DNA from: the human T2T-CHM13v2.0 reference genome, Homo sapiens
DNA length: 64,000 bases
NCBI RefSeq assembly: GCF_009914755.1
Contig: NC_060933.1
Reading direction: 5' to 3' (one strand)
In this document: positions 26,376 to 41,906 of the stretch, in pieces
Position numbering within the stretch: the stretch's first letter is position 1
Layout of the letters: each line of letters begins with the position of its first letter
Made by a program: the position numbers and the translations under genes
Notes under the pieces: model-generated
Seen by the model: only the letters and a program-made list of their open reading frames with translations
What the model was told of the DNA's origin: nothing
The model's database searches: none

Positions 26376-29300
26376 CCACTCCATCTGTTTTTTGTCTTCC
26401 AGGAACGTGCTGCTGTATCGCTACCTAGAAAGCCTTTGCTTCAGAGCTTCAGACAGCTAGCATCTTCTCCTCATTCAAGTCACTGGTCAGATGACACCTC
26501 TGTAGAGAAGACGTCTTTGGCTCACCAGTAAGTTAGTAGCCCCTTCTCACCTCACATTGCACTGTATTGTTATCTCTGCAGCATTTATCACTATTTAAAA
26601 TTGTTGCAGTCTCCCTCCTGTCTCCTACCACCATCCAGCTAGAATGTAAGCTCAATGAGAGCAGAGATTTTGTCTGTCTAATGTCCTGTCCTTTCCCCAG
26701 TGCCAGCACAGTGCCTGGCAGGTAATAGGCACTCCATGCTGCCTACACTCTGCTTCTTCGTTCCTCAGGAATTCTGCTCACTCTGAGCTTCTGTGTATTG
26801 CTTTCTCTGTATGTCTCTGAGTCTGTAATAGGAAGCCCAACTCAAACTGGCTTATAAAATTAAAAAGATGTTGGCATATGTAATAGGAAAGGTACAGAGT
26901 GAATGCAGTGATTAGGTCTAGTTCAGTGAGGGTGCAGGCCCCAGCTCTCTCTGATTCTTCTGCAATAATCAGAAAGAACTTCTGATTCTTCATGTGTCAG
27001 CTTATGGCCAAGCTGATCACTAGATAACCATCTCAGTTCCAGCTCTCAGATGCACAGAGAGTTATGTCCAGAGACCATCCATTGCAATCTCTCTCTTTTT
27101 AAAGAGTAACTCGGCCAAAAACCTCCAACAGTATTCCTTCAGCATTCCTTAGGCTGAATTGGATCATAGGCCTGTTCTAAACATATATGCACGTGGTATA
27201 ATTACAAGCAATAAAATGCGCAGATCTGAAGTGTACAATTCAATAAGTTTTGACAATTATATACGCCCCCCATAGACAGTAACCAAACCATGATGTAGAA
27301 TGGTCCCATCACCCCAGAAAGTGTCCTTGTGTCCTTTCCAATCAACCAGGAGTAGTAACAGTGCCTTGCCAAGCCATATTGAAATCTGAAACAAAACGAA
27401 CAACAGCAATAGTGATCCTGTCTTTAAGATGTTGATGTTTTATTCATTGTGGATTTTTTACATTTTTTTTAAATATTACATTAAAATATGATTCCTCTTG
27501 ATTACTGGGGTTGTTTGGTATTCCCTCCTTTAATTTTGTGCCCAGGAAGACGCCTCATTCATCTCACTTGCCTCTCCCTAGTTCCAGCCCCACAGCTTTT
27601 AAATCTCTCCATATGATCTCTTTGTATGGTCTTCTCCATATGGTGGTCTTCTCCATATGGTGGCCTTCTTCATGAAAGCCAAACTTCTTTGATGGCAGCT
27701 GAAGGCTCCCAGAGCAAATGGCCAAGAGAAGCCACCAGGCCAGCTGCATGCCTTGTCTAATCTTGCCTTGGATGTCACACAGTGTCACTTCTGCCATAGT
27801 TCATTTATTGAGGCAGTCACAAAGGCCCACCAGGCACACACAAAAAAGGACATAGACCCTATCTCTTGATAGAGAAGTGTCAAAGAACTTACATGAACCC
27901 TATTGCTTTTATAGGCATTTTGAGGGTTTAGTGAATAGCCCTTACTTTTGAGTGTTAAATATCCCTGTACAAATTTTTGAAAAAAAAAATGTATCTTGCA
28001 TTCAATTTAAAGCATCTCATCTTTGCCCTCAGGTTTAGTTGATTGTTGGTTTAATTCACCCTGACTTCTCTCAATTTACTCACTGCTGTTTCTAACTCTT
28101 CTAAGTTTAGGTTAAGGAGCTGGGGATGAGATGAAAAGGAACAAAAATATCTTTTTACTTGGCTGAGTGTTGAAAACTGTCTTCTATGGCAGATCTCCAA
28201 AGGCTGGCACTTTCTCTTATGGGGCGGTTTAGTGAATTGTTTGGAGACCTTCTCCACTCTGGCTTCTTCGATCTCTACCTTTTATGGGGATGATGTAACG
28301 TTCCTGATGACCTCATAAGATTCGCCTTCAAATCCTGCTTTCCTGGTACACCCCACACAAACTCTTCCTGATAGAGTCCACTCATCCCAGCAGGCAGTTT
28401 TTCTGGGAAGTCCTTTCAAAATGGTGCTAGTCTAGACACACTACCTTCCAAGTTGCCTGTAGGTGTCACAGAAAAACTCAGCAACTCAGCTTCACCCAAA
28501 TCTACAGATTTTTCTTGGACCTGCCATCTTAGGCAATTCTTGGCAGCCTCCCACATTCAGACCTTTCTAGGATAGAGTCAGGTGGTAAACTCTGTGCTCT
28601 CCAAACTCTGGGGGATCCAGATCAACTTTCTCTGAAGACTTTCTGCCATGCTGTGTTTCAAAAGCTGCACTCGAAATTTCCTTTATCCACAGTGAAAACG
28701 GAAAAAAACTAGTGAAATTGGCTATAGTTTCTTTACTGCCTTTCTCCTCCAACTTCATTTGCTTCTGACTTACTTTTCTGCATATCTTTTTGCATCTTGC
28801 ATTTAGTGCTTTTCTTCTAGGTCCAACATTTCTGCGAGTAGTGTGTGAACTTAGCAACCCCCTAACCTTGACCCAACCACAAAAACACACTTTTTCAACT
28901 GCTTTAAGGCCATCTTTACCCAAATAACTTTTGCACTAGTTTGCCTGACTTGATATAGTTTGGATCCAACAAATATTCTCACATAGTTTCTTCTTCCTGA
29001 TGTTTTCTCTTCTCTTGGATTCCAAGTAATTCTTCTCTCCTGCTTGTTTCCTCCCAATCTTCTTTCTGCATATACAATTTGTTTTAAAATGTTTTATTAT
29101 TCTCCATGTTGGTATTACTTTTATTTTTAGAGCCTTCTGAGAAAGAAAAATTATTCTTATCAAAATGGTTGTACCTTGAAATCTTGACATTTTGATTATA
29201 GCCACTTTATCAAAGCAAAATTTTTAATTTATACATTTTGTCATTGCTCAGATTCCCTAGGAAACATGAAGTTTACTGGAGAATAGCCTTGGAGTCAACA

Positions 29301-29620
29301 ACTGGGTGAGGGGATTGTGAAAGTAGAATTGGGCAAAGAGAGGCATCAAATGTTATAGTATGAGGCAAAGGCTTCAGTAGATCCTATATGGTACTCTGGA
29401 ACTAACAGGGCCCTTTAGAGTTGTCCCACCTTGATGAAAAGGATTGGCCTTTGATAGGCCTACAGAAATTGCCTAATTTATTAAAAATTATTCCCAAAGA
29501 TTGTTTCAACATTATCATCCTTATCTACACCTTTGTGGACTTTGCTGAAACTGCTTTTCCTAATTCTGTAGTTGGTTTTCAAGAGTTTTTCAATTAAAAT
29601 GTAATTATATTGAGTGGATT

Positions 29621-30292
29621 TATTACAGGTAGTTAGACAGGCATGAGCGGGGCAGGAGAGGCCTCTTCCTCCATCCACTAGGAGTGTTGGGTGATGGTTC
29701 AGCAATTACTTCATTGCCTCTATAAGTGTGATACGTTGGCAGCCAGCACCAGGGAGAGGCTATTTCCTCATGGTCCACACCTGTTACACTACAGTGTTCA
29801 TTGATTGCAGACGCCAGGTGGACACAACTTCCCAGGTGTACACATTAAGAGACAAAATGGCAGAATAATGACTTTCTGGGAATACTCTAGCAGAAAAGGG
29901 AAGAAAGCCTCAGAAAGACATGTGTACAACTTCCTAAACACACTGTGCATGCTCACTTCCCAAGGGTAAGGAGGGCACTGCACATGCAGGCAGTCCACCC
30001 TATGGGAAGAATCATGTGAAAGGAGCCAGCCTATAAAGTCCTAGGATCAAGGTTAAACATCGCACTTAATCTTCAGGTGCCCGCCTGGGTCTCTTCCAAG
30101 CGTACTTTCCTTTCTTTCCTGTTTTGAGCCTTTTCAAATACTCTTCCACATACCTGCTCTGAAATTTGCCTTGGTCTCTTTTTCTGCCGTATGCCCCTCA
30201 GTTTAATTCTTTCTTCTCAGGATGCAAGAATTTGTTGCTGCAGACCTGTACAAATTCACCACTGGTAACTCAGATACCTTCCACCAGTAACA
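29621..30292 (+). mobile_element. ERV1 solo LTR, MER50
   Basis: ttacaggtagttagacaggcatgagcggggcaggagagg start; TATA-like cctataaag at ~30030; gataccttccaccagtaaca end. Confidence 0.8.
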
Positions 30293-31085
30293 GGTCCTGC
30301 CAACTTCCCTCCTTTCTATGCACAATGGGCCAGGGCAAATCCAGTCAGAACATTGGGTAAATGGTGCAATCCTGAGTACAGCAAGATTAGGGTACAGTCA
30401 ACCCATAAAAGTGTTTTCAAGTGGAAGGAGACAAAAGGATGACTGATTCAAGCCTAGGAAAACAAAAATAAAGATCAAGTCCAAAGGTAGAAGGAGGGTA
30501 ATCAACAGGAAAGGTAGTTGGATATCAGGAGCAGGACAGAAACTGGAGTGGGGAAGAAACTAGGGCAGAGGAAGAGTAGGACACAAACAATGCAATTGCT
30601 ACAAATAGCACCCAGTGACCACAGTTTGCCTATATTGGTCATTTAGCCTTGAATATTTGGTGAATGAACTTGTTAGCATGGCTTAAAAGTATATAAAAAA
30701 GAGGAAACATTTTCATACTTGGGGTTATTTCAAGAGAAAAAGTATAAGCCAAATAGGAAATCAGACCAATATTCATTCTATGTAAAACAGGCCACAATTA
30801 TAGAATCTAAGAAAGCAAGCCCTGGACTCAAAAAGCTTTAGTTTGACTCTGGAGCCAGGACTTACTTTCTTGGGCAAATTGCTTAACTTTCCTAAACTCG
30901 TTTCCCATCTGCAATGACAATGACACTATCTGACAGAATTGTGAAGAGTCAGAGAACTAACCCTTGTAAACTGCAAACACAATGCCTGGTATGTAATAAG
31001 TGCCCATCAGTAGCTAGATATGATGATGGTAATGCTAATGGTGATAATGGTAATGGTGATGATTATGAAGAAGAAAATAGAGTGA

Positions 31086-31403
31086 TTATTATTATTTGAG
31101 ACAGGATCTTGCTCTGTCACCCCGGCTGGAGTGGAGTGATAGAATTCTGGCTCATTACAACCTAGACCTCCCAAGTTCAAGTGATCCCCACAGAGTAGCC
31201 TCCAGAGGCTCAGCCTCCAGAGTAGCTGGGGCTACCTGCATGCACCACCACACCTGGCTAATTTTTTTTTTTTTTCTTTTTTTGTAGAGACAGGTTCTCA
31301 CTATGTTGCCTAGGCTGGTCTCAAACTCCTGGACTCAAGCAGTCCTCCTGCCTCAGACTCCCAAAGTACCAGGATTACAGGCATGAGCCACCACACTGGG
31401 CCT
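31086..31403 (-). mobile_element. AluJ with small internal duplication (~31190-31225)
   Basis: Alu dimer; agcctccagag repeated; flanks tagagtga/tagagtaa. Confidence 0.9.
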
Positions 31404-32060
31404 AGAGTAATTTGAATGGCACCTGTAACATACTCCTGTCCCCAAATGTCTACCTCATTGTCCTGTAAATGCTAATCATTTTCTTCTGGATTTAGGTTGT
31501 AAAAATATTAATGGACCTTGTAATGCAGAATTCTCATAAGCAAAACATTTTTATTATAACAGAAAATTTGCTTCCAGATCCTTTCCTATATGATAACTAG
31601 GAAAATGATAAAGATAAAAATCCAGGCAAAATGCCTGAGTACCTACAGCCTAGGAAGTTTAATTAACTGAACCAAAATCTCACAGCTACAAAGTATTAAG
31701 GTAGGAGTTTGAACCCCTCCAGTCTGAGCTTAGAGCAGTGGTTTGAAGTCCTCATTGTGAATCAGAATGCCATGAATGATTTAAAAAACCATACAGATTC
31801 CCAATTCCACCTCAGATCTCTCTTTCTGTTTAGTTTAAGTAATTTCCCCCAAATGATTCTAATGTGTAGCAGTGCTGAGACATACTGGAGGAACCCAGAA
31901 AGAAAAATAAAAGGTGAGTTATGCCAATTTTAATTTGAAATTAAAAAAAAAATGTATTTCAACATCTGTCTTACTTAGGAGACCTAGCATGGCTGCTACA
32001 CTCTGGCAAAAATCCATTCTAGAAACAAGAGGAAAGCATGGATTTGGCAGTCAATAACAA

Positions 32061-32180
32061 TGGTTGGGGGGCAGTGGTCCCTGCTACTCCAGAGGCTGAG
32101 GCAAGAGGATTGCTTGAGCCCAAGAGGTTGAGGCTAGCCTGAACAATATAAGGAGACCTCATCTCAAAACAAACAAACAA
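32061..32180 (+). mobile_element. Free Alu monomer (FLAM_A-like)
   Basis: Single monomer with (AAAC)n tail. Confidence 0.7.
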
Positions 32181-32535
32181 GAAACGGCAGCAAAGACATG
32201 AGATACTATTGGTGGGTGGGAATTGAATTGCAGAAGCCTCGAGTAAATTAGCTACAGATCAATGTGGAAGGTTTTTTGTTTGTTTGTAAATCTGCAAAGG
32301 AGAAGAAAAAACATCATAATAAATACTCATGTACCTATCATCCTGATTTATCAACTGTTTGTACCTTGCCACACCCATTCCATCCCCCTCAATATGGGCA
32401 CACACACTTTCCTTCTGCCAAATCATCTACAAGTAAGCTACAGATGTCATGAAACTATATTCTTAAATACCTGTGTAAGAACAGTCTCTTACACAACAAC
32501 ATCCTCATTGCCACACCTAAAAAAATCAGCTCTTA

Positions 32536-32847
<312 letters not shown>

Positions 32848-33852
32848 TCAGCTCTCAGACTCCTGGGCTCAAGCAGTTCTCCTGCCTTGGCCTTAAGCAT
32901 TAATTTGATATCAGTATCCAAAAGATAGTCACAATCAAATATTGTAACCATATTTAAAGTGTCATTCTTAGCTGTGTTTTAAAATCCCAGCATCCAAACA
33001 GGGTTTGCATTGCATTTCGTTGTTTTGTCTTTGTAGTGTATACACATGACCACCACCACCAATCCTACTCCCTGATTTCTCTCAGCTTTTCATTAAATTG
33101 AATCCTTTGAGAAACCCAGGCCAATTGTCTATAGAATATCCCATATTCCAGATTTATCAGATTTTTTTCTTATGATCAGACTAAAGTCAATGTCTTTGGT
33201 AGGAATATTATAAATGATGTATACTTTCAACTACATTATATTAGGAGGGAATACTATCAGGCTATCCCATTAGTGACAATTCCACGCTTGACCACTTGGG
33301 TAATGGAGTGACCCCAAGTATCTCCATTGCAAATGCATATTCTCCTCTTGGTAATGATTGATAAATCTATGATGTGATAAACTGGAGCCATGTGAACAAC
33401 CTATTTCCCAACAAACTTCAATCCATTAGTCATTCTTGGCTGAATAAACTGTTAAATTGTAGGTACCCCATTAAACTAAAAATTGTGGTTTTTGTAATAA
33501 TGTTATTCTTTGTGTGTGCTAGCTAGTGGTTTTTTTGTAAAGATGAGTTTTTCCTTTTTCTCCTTGGGCATTCTCTCTTACATTTTTTTTTATATATATA
33601 TAGTGCTATAATATCAATTATTTATTCTATAGAATTATATGTTAATATGCATTATATAATATTTTATTTATTTACAACTAAATGTTGGTATCCATTACTG
33701 TCATTATTCTTTTTTTGGTTGTCAAGTTGTCTCAAATTTGTCCAATGATAATCCCTTGAAAATGCTGACTGCATCTTTTTGAGATGATACCATTAATCGT
33801 GAGCACTTTTTATTTCCTGAAATAAGATATTCCAGGCTAATCTTTTACTTCC

Positions 33853-34158
33853 TTTTTCTTTCTTTCTTTTCTTTTTTTAAAGACAGGGTCTTGCCCTTTT
33901 GTTCAGGCTGGAGTCCAGTGGTGTGATATCAGCTTACTGCAACCTCCACCTCCCGGGCTCAACGATTCCTCCCACCTCAGCCTCCCAAGTAGCTGAGACT
34001 ACAGGTGTATGCCACCACACCCAGCTAATTTTTCTAATTTTTGTAGAGATGGAATTTTGCCATGTTGCCCAGGTTGGTCTTGAAATCTTGGGTTCAAGCA
34101 ATATGCCTGCCTTCTCCCAAAGTGCTGGAATTACAGGCATGAGCCATCATGCCTGGCC
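33853..34158 (-). mobile_element. AluJ
   Basis: Diverged Alu dimer. Confidence 0.9.
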
Positions 34159-35821
34159 TTACCTTTCACTTTCTTTGTCCTAGTCCTGGAATTGGCCATT
34201 TCTCCAAAGGGGCCTGTTTTCTTTCATGGGGGAATAATATCTAGAAACAATCTAGATATTAGGGGTGCAGGAGAATTCTGTCTCTCAACAATGTGTCTTA
34301 GGGATAATCACTGTCTGCTTGCCACTTCACTGCAGAAATTGGCAGCAAAGCTCAGCCTGCCAAGCACTACTTGTAATATTTCAGTAGCACAAAGAGTTGA
34401 TGAAAGCAGATGAGAATGGTCCAGGCTCCCTCAAGCATTCATGTCTAATCCTTTTTCCTCTCCAAAGCCTCCGGACTGGTGGATTATAACCTAGCAAGAC
34501 TGTTTCTGTCAATGTTGTTTATCCCTAAGGGGTTAAGTGTTGAAGGTTGATGAGCGTTTTGGCTGGAGGAGGGATAGCAAAGCCAATTGAGAAACAGAGA
34601 TTCTGTGGTGCCTAGGGCACTCTGCCTTGGGGCTCATGCCCTTCCCTCTTTTAAAATTTACTGACAATGATTAGAATATGGTCTTCTCCTTTATTTTTAT
34701 CAGCAGAGATATCAGTCTGTTGATGCCTCGAGGGAATGTAAACTCACAGAGCAAAATAACTAGACAAAGGAGAAAGAAATAGCTATTAAAACAACAACAT
34801 TAAAAATACAACAAATGATTTCTGAATGTATTTAAGAAGATAAAGGAACATATTTGTAATATATGACAAAGATAAGAAATTAGAAAAAAATGTAAATATT
34901 AGGTATAAAATATACATTGATATAAAAAGAATGGATGGAATAAATTTTAGGATGGATATAGTTGGAGAACAAATTAGTGAGATGAAAGATCAAATTGATA
35001 AACTGTCTTAGAAACTGGCAGGAAGGAATAAAGCAATAGAAGTTGAGAGAGAGTGTGTGAGATAGATAAAGCATTAAGGTATGTGAAGGATAGAAGCAGA
35101 AGTACCAATATCTTAATAGGTTTAGATAGTGACCAGAAATAGAAAGAAAAACAAGGGAAGAATATTTGAGGAAATAATAGATATATTTTCCCAAACTTAA
35201 AGATAAATGAAATACTTCATCCTGAAAGGATCTATAGAGCACAAATGGGGGAGAGAAAATAAAAACCCCACATATAGAAAATTATAATGAATTTAGGAGT
35301 AATATAAACAAAAGAAAATTCTAGAAGCTTCCTGAGAAAACATATCATTGACCAAAAATCTGAATTATACTGAAATTAGACTTAGTAGCAGCACTGGAGG
35401 CAATGTGATAAACTGTCCAAAGCATTTCAAGTAGAGAACTTTGGGGCTAACATTTTGTAACCTGACAAACTATGGTTCAAAATGAGAGCATAATCAAAAT
35501 AATTTCAATCCCACAATCTTGAAAGTTTTTCTCCTTAAACTCAGAATACAGAAGGAAGTTACCAGATATGAAGAACAACAAAACCAGAACACACTACAAA
35601 ATGAGAAAATGTGGAAAATAAAGGTAATCAAATTGCAAGTAACGAGTTTATTGCTGCCAAAACAAAAACAAACAAAAAAACACAAAAAATCCAACAATTA
35701 CGGATTAAAATGAAAAGGAAAAAAATTGTATCCACAACTTCCATGATGTGAACATACACGAAAACATTTCTTATTTTATTATGGGGAAGATAAAAATATT
35801 ATAGTTTTAATAAATCAATAG

Positions 35822-36345
<524 letters not shown>

Positions 36346-36964
36346 TATGGCTTTTAAGACAGAGACAATTACATACACAGAAAGCTGGAATATCAACCTT
36401 AACAGTTAACAAAATAAAATTTAAAGCAAAAAAAAGTCACCAGGACAAAGAAAGCTTTTTTTATACTGGCAAAAAAGAATACCAGATGAAGAAAATATAA
36501 TTGTTATAAATATATAGGCACCTAATAATACAGACTCAAAATATATAAAGTTATAGTTGTTAGAATTCCCTTCTCAGTAATTTTAGTTAGAAATTTTAAC
36601 ACATTCCTTGCAAAAATTCATATATCAAAGATAAAATGCAGAAATATCAAATAACTGAGCACCATAAGTTTGAATAATCAGATATACAGAAAACGGTATC
36701 CCAAATAAAAATTATATATTATTTTTGAGCACACATAAAAATTTACAAAAATAGGTATGTATTAGGCAAAAGAGAAGCCTAAATAACTTCCAAAGAATCA
36801 ATATTGTGCATAACATATTCTTTGACGGTGATACACACAAGGAAATAAAATTACAAATTAATAATGAAATTCCAGCTTTTTAAAAAAAATCACACAGTGT
36901 TAAATATCAGGTTAAAAATGAAAGCATAAAATAATTTAAGAAATATTTAGAACTCAGTAATAAT

Positions 36965-37460
36965 CGACCGAATTATTTACTAAACCACCCCTAAATCAGG
37001 CAGTTTAAAGCAATAAGCATTTATTATTCTTTACGTGTCAGCTGAGTGGTTCTGCTAATCCTAATCAGGCTTGGTTAATCATGGCTGAGTTCAATCATGC
37101 ATCTGTAGTCAGCTGACAGGTTGGTCTGAGGCTGACTGATTTAGGATGGCTGTAGCTAGGCCAGCAGGGGTGACTGACCATGTGCCTTTCACTTTCTTGC
37201 AGACTAGATCAGGCTTGTTCCCATGGCAGCAGTACAGTTTAAAGAGTGTGAATACAAGCATTCTTAAGGTCTAGGCTCACAACTGGCACATTGTCACTTC
37301 TGCTATATTCTGTTAACCAAATCAAGTCATGAGACTAGCTCAGATTAAAGAAGTGGGGAAAGACCCATTAATGATGGGAGGGGCAGCAAAGTAACATTAC
37401 AAGGGGTTTTGGTATAGAGCGGGGAATAAATGGAGGCATTTTGCAATCAATCTATGGCAT
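36965..37460 (-). mobile_element. MLT1F/G-like MaLR LTR
   Basis: aagcaataagcatttattattct...tgtcacttctgctatattctgttaaccaaatcaagtca...ttttgcaatcaatcta. Confidence 0.65.
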
Positions 37461-37478
37461 AATGAAAATAATGTTTGT

Positions 37479-37940
<462 letters not shown>

Positions 37941-38494
37941 TCAGTAACATGAAGAACAAAGAGATAAAGAGACATAAAGGAACAGAGGGAGAGAGATGAA
38001 ATGACAGAATGAACAAAGCCAAAAGCAGTTATCTTCATAAAGATTAATAAGATCCATCAGTCACTGGTGAAATTAATCAAAAACAAGAAACCAATTCAAA
38101 CAAAATACAAAATGAAAAATAGAATATAATTTCAGACACAACAGAAATTTAAAAATAATAAGAGTATTATGAACAACTGTATGCTAAAACAATGGAAAAC
38201 GTGAATGAAATATATACATTTCTAGGGATAATATAAAAACAGATTGATTCAAGGAAACTGAAAACTTGAATCTACCATTCAGTATTAAAGAAAGGTAGTG
38301 ATTAAAAATTGTTCCTTTCCAAAAATCTCACATCCAGATGGTTTTATAACCTTTAAATAAAGAGCTAGGTATTATCTTATAGCAAGTGATTTCAGAAAAT
38401 AATAATTTTAAAAATCATCCAGCTTCATTTTTTGGGTAGATGTATTACAATTTCAAAACCAGAAAGCAACAATAGAAGAAAATAGAACCCATTT

Positions 38495-38938
38495 TGTTAC
38501 CATCCAGGGGTTTGGTCTAGGTCCTGCTTCTGGGTGCACAGAAAGCCAGTAACTGAGATAATGTGTATTGCCAAGGAAGAAGGCTTTAAACGGGTGCTGC
38601 TGCAGTGGGGGAGACCAGAGTTCAGTGTCAAATCTATCTCCCTGACCAACTAAAACTAGGGGTTTATATAGCAGGGAAGAAATGTAACAATGTGTAAGAA
38701 AACAGGGATTGGAGAGGAGCCAGGAAGCAATCTGATGAATGAGGGGTCCTGCATCTCATTGTCTGGATGTGGTGATCTGTTGAGTTTCTGTTCTTTGATA
38801 CTTTTTTTTGAGAGGCCTGAAAGAAGTCCTGAGGAAGAAACTCAGATAAAACAAATATGTTTCAGTCTTTAAGACCAGAAGAGTTTATTTCTATATTCAT
38901 CAAAAATAATTGTCTATGGAACAATTGGGTCAGTTTCA
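38495..38938 (-). mobile_element. ERV1 solo LTR, LOR1-like
   Basis: TG...CA ends; ccaggggtttggtctaggtcctgc...cacagaaagcca...acaattgggtcagtttca. Confidence 0.7.
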
Positions 38939-40166
38939 ATATCACTTAGACTATAGAGATAAAATTTGTAAATAATGTATTAAATATTTAATCTAGCAGC
39001 ATATTAAAAATATCTGATGATCAGTAAGAGTTTAATCTCAGGAATGCAAGAATGGGTCAATATTAGAAAATCTATTAGTCAAATTCACTACATTATCAGA
39101 CTAAAGGAGAATAATCATTTATTTCAGTCATAGCTCAAAAGCATATTAACAAAAAAGCAGCACCTGCTTGTAATAAGAACTCTTTAAAAGACAGAAATAG
39201 AGGAAATGATTTTAACTGCAATAAATGTTTTATATTATAAATATAGAGCAAAATTTTATTTTTAACATGTAATCTTGAGATGTATTACCTTCGGGATTAA
39301 GAACAAGACTAGGTTTCTTATCACAGCTCTTTGTTTAGCATTATCCTGGAGGTCATGGACAATGCAAAAAGGAAATAAAAAGAAATGAATTGGAAAGATG
39401 GAAAGAAAGAGATGATATTGTTACTATTTCAAATAGAAATGATCATCTACTTAGGATAAAAAAAAGTGATGCCAAGGTTTGATTTTCAAAAACTTGAAAA
39501 CATGACTGTCATACAAATGTAAAATATGTATGTGGTAAAAATTGATTTAACTTATTAATAAGGGAACCAGCAGAATATTAAGTGGGTTTCAAAGGAGTCA
39601 CAGTTAGGGTATGAGGGATGAGGAGGGGAATGCTGAAATATACTGAAGGGAAATAAGGTGGAATAAGATTGCTTCATTACATTTTAAACTGACACATATT
39701 CTACAGAGCAATAAACCTGTAATCTTAAAATGCAATTCTTTCTACTGGACAGAAATAATTTGCATCATACTAGACGTAATTCATTTGCATTGCTTTTGGA
39801 CAAGAATCCTAGTTTTTTGTTTGTTTTTACAAATTAACATTTTCCTTTATAAAAATAATAAAACATCTCGATCAATAGCAAATAAGTCAAACAAAGGTAC
39901 ATGCCCTTAGAGAATGAGATAATCCTTGGGTGGATCTACAAGAAACACCTCAGAATGTTTTGAAATGATAAACAGTCATTTCTTTCATATACTTCCAAGC
40001 TTCAGATATTTTTTCTTAATGGTATCAACAAATAAACCACTAGAACTTGGAAGTAATTTAAAAATTTGCCAAAGTTGCTAGAAACAAGATAAACAGAAAA
40101 ATCATTAGCATTTTTCTACATCAGTAATAATCAACTAGAAAATACACTAAAAAATAAGATATTCTT

Positions 40167-40493
40167 GGGCGGGGCACAGTAGCTCACACCTGTCCTTCCA
40201 ACACTTTGGGAGGCTGAAGCTGAAGGATCATTTGATCCTAGGAGTTTGAGACCAGCCTGGACAACATAGAGAGACTCTGTCTCTGCAAAATAAAATTAGT
40301 CAGGGATGGTGATGCACACCTGTGGTTCCATCTACTCAGTGCGGGGTTGAGGGGGGTGCTGAGGTGAGAAGATTGCTTGAGCCCACAAGGTCGCGGCTGC
40401 AGTTAGCTGTGATCACTCCACTGCACTCCAGCCTGGGTGACAGAGGCAGATGCTGTCTCAGAAACAAACAAAAAAAACCAGACCAAACCAAAC
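40167..40493 (+). mobile_element. AluJ
   Basis: Alu dimer; flanks agatattctt/agatactctt. Confidence 0.9.
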
Positions 40494-40994
40494 AGATACT
40501 CTTCACAATAGGAAGAAAAATTGTAGAATATATAGGATTTAACTAAGAATATTCAAACCTCTATGGAGAAACATAAAACTCTAAAAGGAAATAGTACTTA
40601 GTAGCTCTTGTTGGTGAAGCATGTCGGATCAATTTCATAGGTACTTAGAATTGTGGGAGTTACACATGTAGGCACCAGAATGTTTGTGATTAAAGGAATC
40701 TCGAAAGTAAAAATCTTACCAGAGATGGAGGATGAATTCCTGGCATTAAAAACCATAGGAATACAGATACAGATTTCAGAAACAGCTGTGTGCATGCATA
40801 AAACCTCTACTGACTTAGTGTATCTGTGACCCAGATAACCTGTGGAACCTTGCAGAGAGAGGACACTAGAGAGGGAGGCTGACCTCAAAAGTTTGGAGGA
40901 GCCTTCCCATATGAAGAAGCTTAGACTTTATCTTATAGGATAAGCATAATCAGTAAGTTGTTTCTTGCATTTAAATAGCTCGATAAGATTGGCA

Positions 40995-41292
40995 TTATCA
41001 TTATCATTATTATTATTGAGAAAGGGTCTCACTCTGTTGCCCAGGATGGAGTGCAGTGGTGTGATCATAGCTCACTGCAGCCTGGAATTTCTGGCCTCAG
41101 GTGATCCTCCCACTTTCGTCTCCAGAAGAGCTGCAACTACAGGTATGCACTTCCCTGCCAGGCTAATTTTTTTTTGTAATAACAGGTCTTGCTATGTTGC
41201 CTGTGCTGGTCTGAAACTCCTGGCCTCTAGTGGTCCTCCCACCTGAGCCTCCCAAAGCACTGGGATTACAGGCATGAGCCACTGTGCTAGGC
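40995..41292 (-). mobile_element. AluJ
   Basis: Diverged Alu dimer with (ATT)n tail. Confidence 0.9.
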
Positions 41293-41342
41293 AAGACTGG
41301 TATTTGCAGAGATCACTTTGGCTCAGCATAAAGGGTGTATTA

Positions 41343-41487
41343 AGGCAGAGTGTGGTGGCTGCTGCCTGTAATCCCGAAGATTTGGGAGGCCAAGGTGGGA
41401 GGACTGCTGCAGGCCGGGAGTTCCAGATCAGCCTGGGTGAGACACTGTCTCTACAAAAAAAAAATTTTAATTTGAAAAAAAAAAAAG
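41343..41487 (+). mobile_element. FLAM_C-like Alu monomer
   Basis: Single left-type monomer with A-tail. Confidence 0.75.
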
Positions 41488-41906
41488 AGTGGATTAAAGG
41501 GATAAAAGACTTACACAGGAAAGGCATTATAAATAGGTAATTGTAATTAACGTTTATTGAGTTTACACTAAATACAAGGCACTGTGCTAACTCTGCATAG
41601 GTTACTGAATCTCAATTAAGAGGCTGTTGTAGTAAATCAAGTGAGACATGATGGGAACATGAAGTTTGAAGGTAAAGAGGGGGGGATTTATCTGAGACAC
41701 ACTGGAAATGTGACATTTGTAGAACTTGTGTTATTGATGTTTGGGAATGTGGGCAAGGGTAATAGTGGAAGTGAGAGTTAAGGGAAAATGGAAAGAGGAT
41801 AATGTATATGTTTCTGGTTTGGGGGATTAAGATGATGTTACAGACATTCAGGCAAAGGTTGAAGGAGAGAGATTTGGTAGAAATTAATGAATTAAATTTT
41901 GAATAT

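Noticed and set aside
31015-31078. Asp/Gly/Asn-rich ORF end resembling a calcium-binding repeat
   Set aside because: Degenerate trinucleotide tail following a MIR-like remnant
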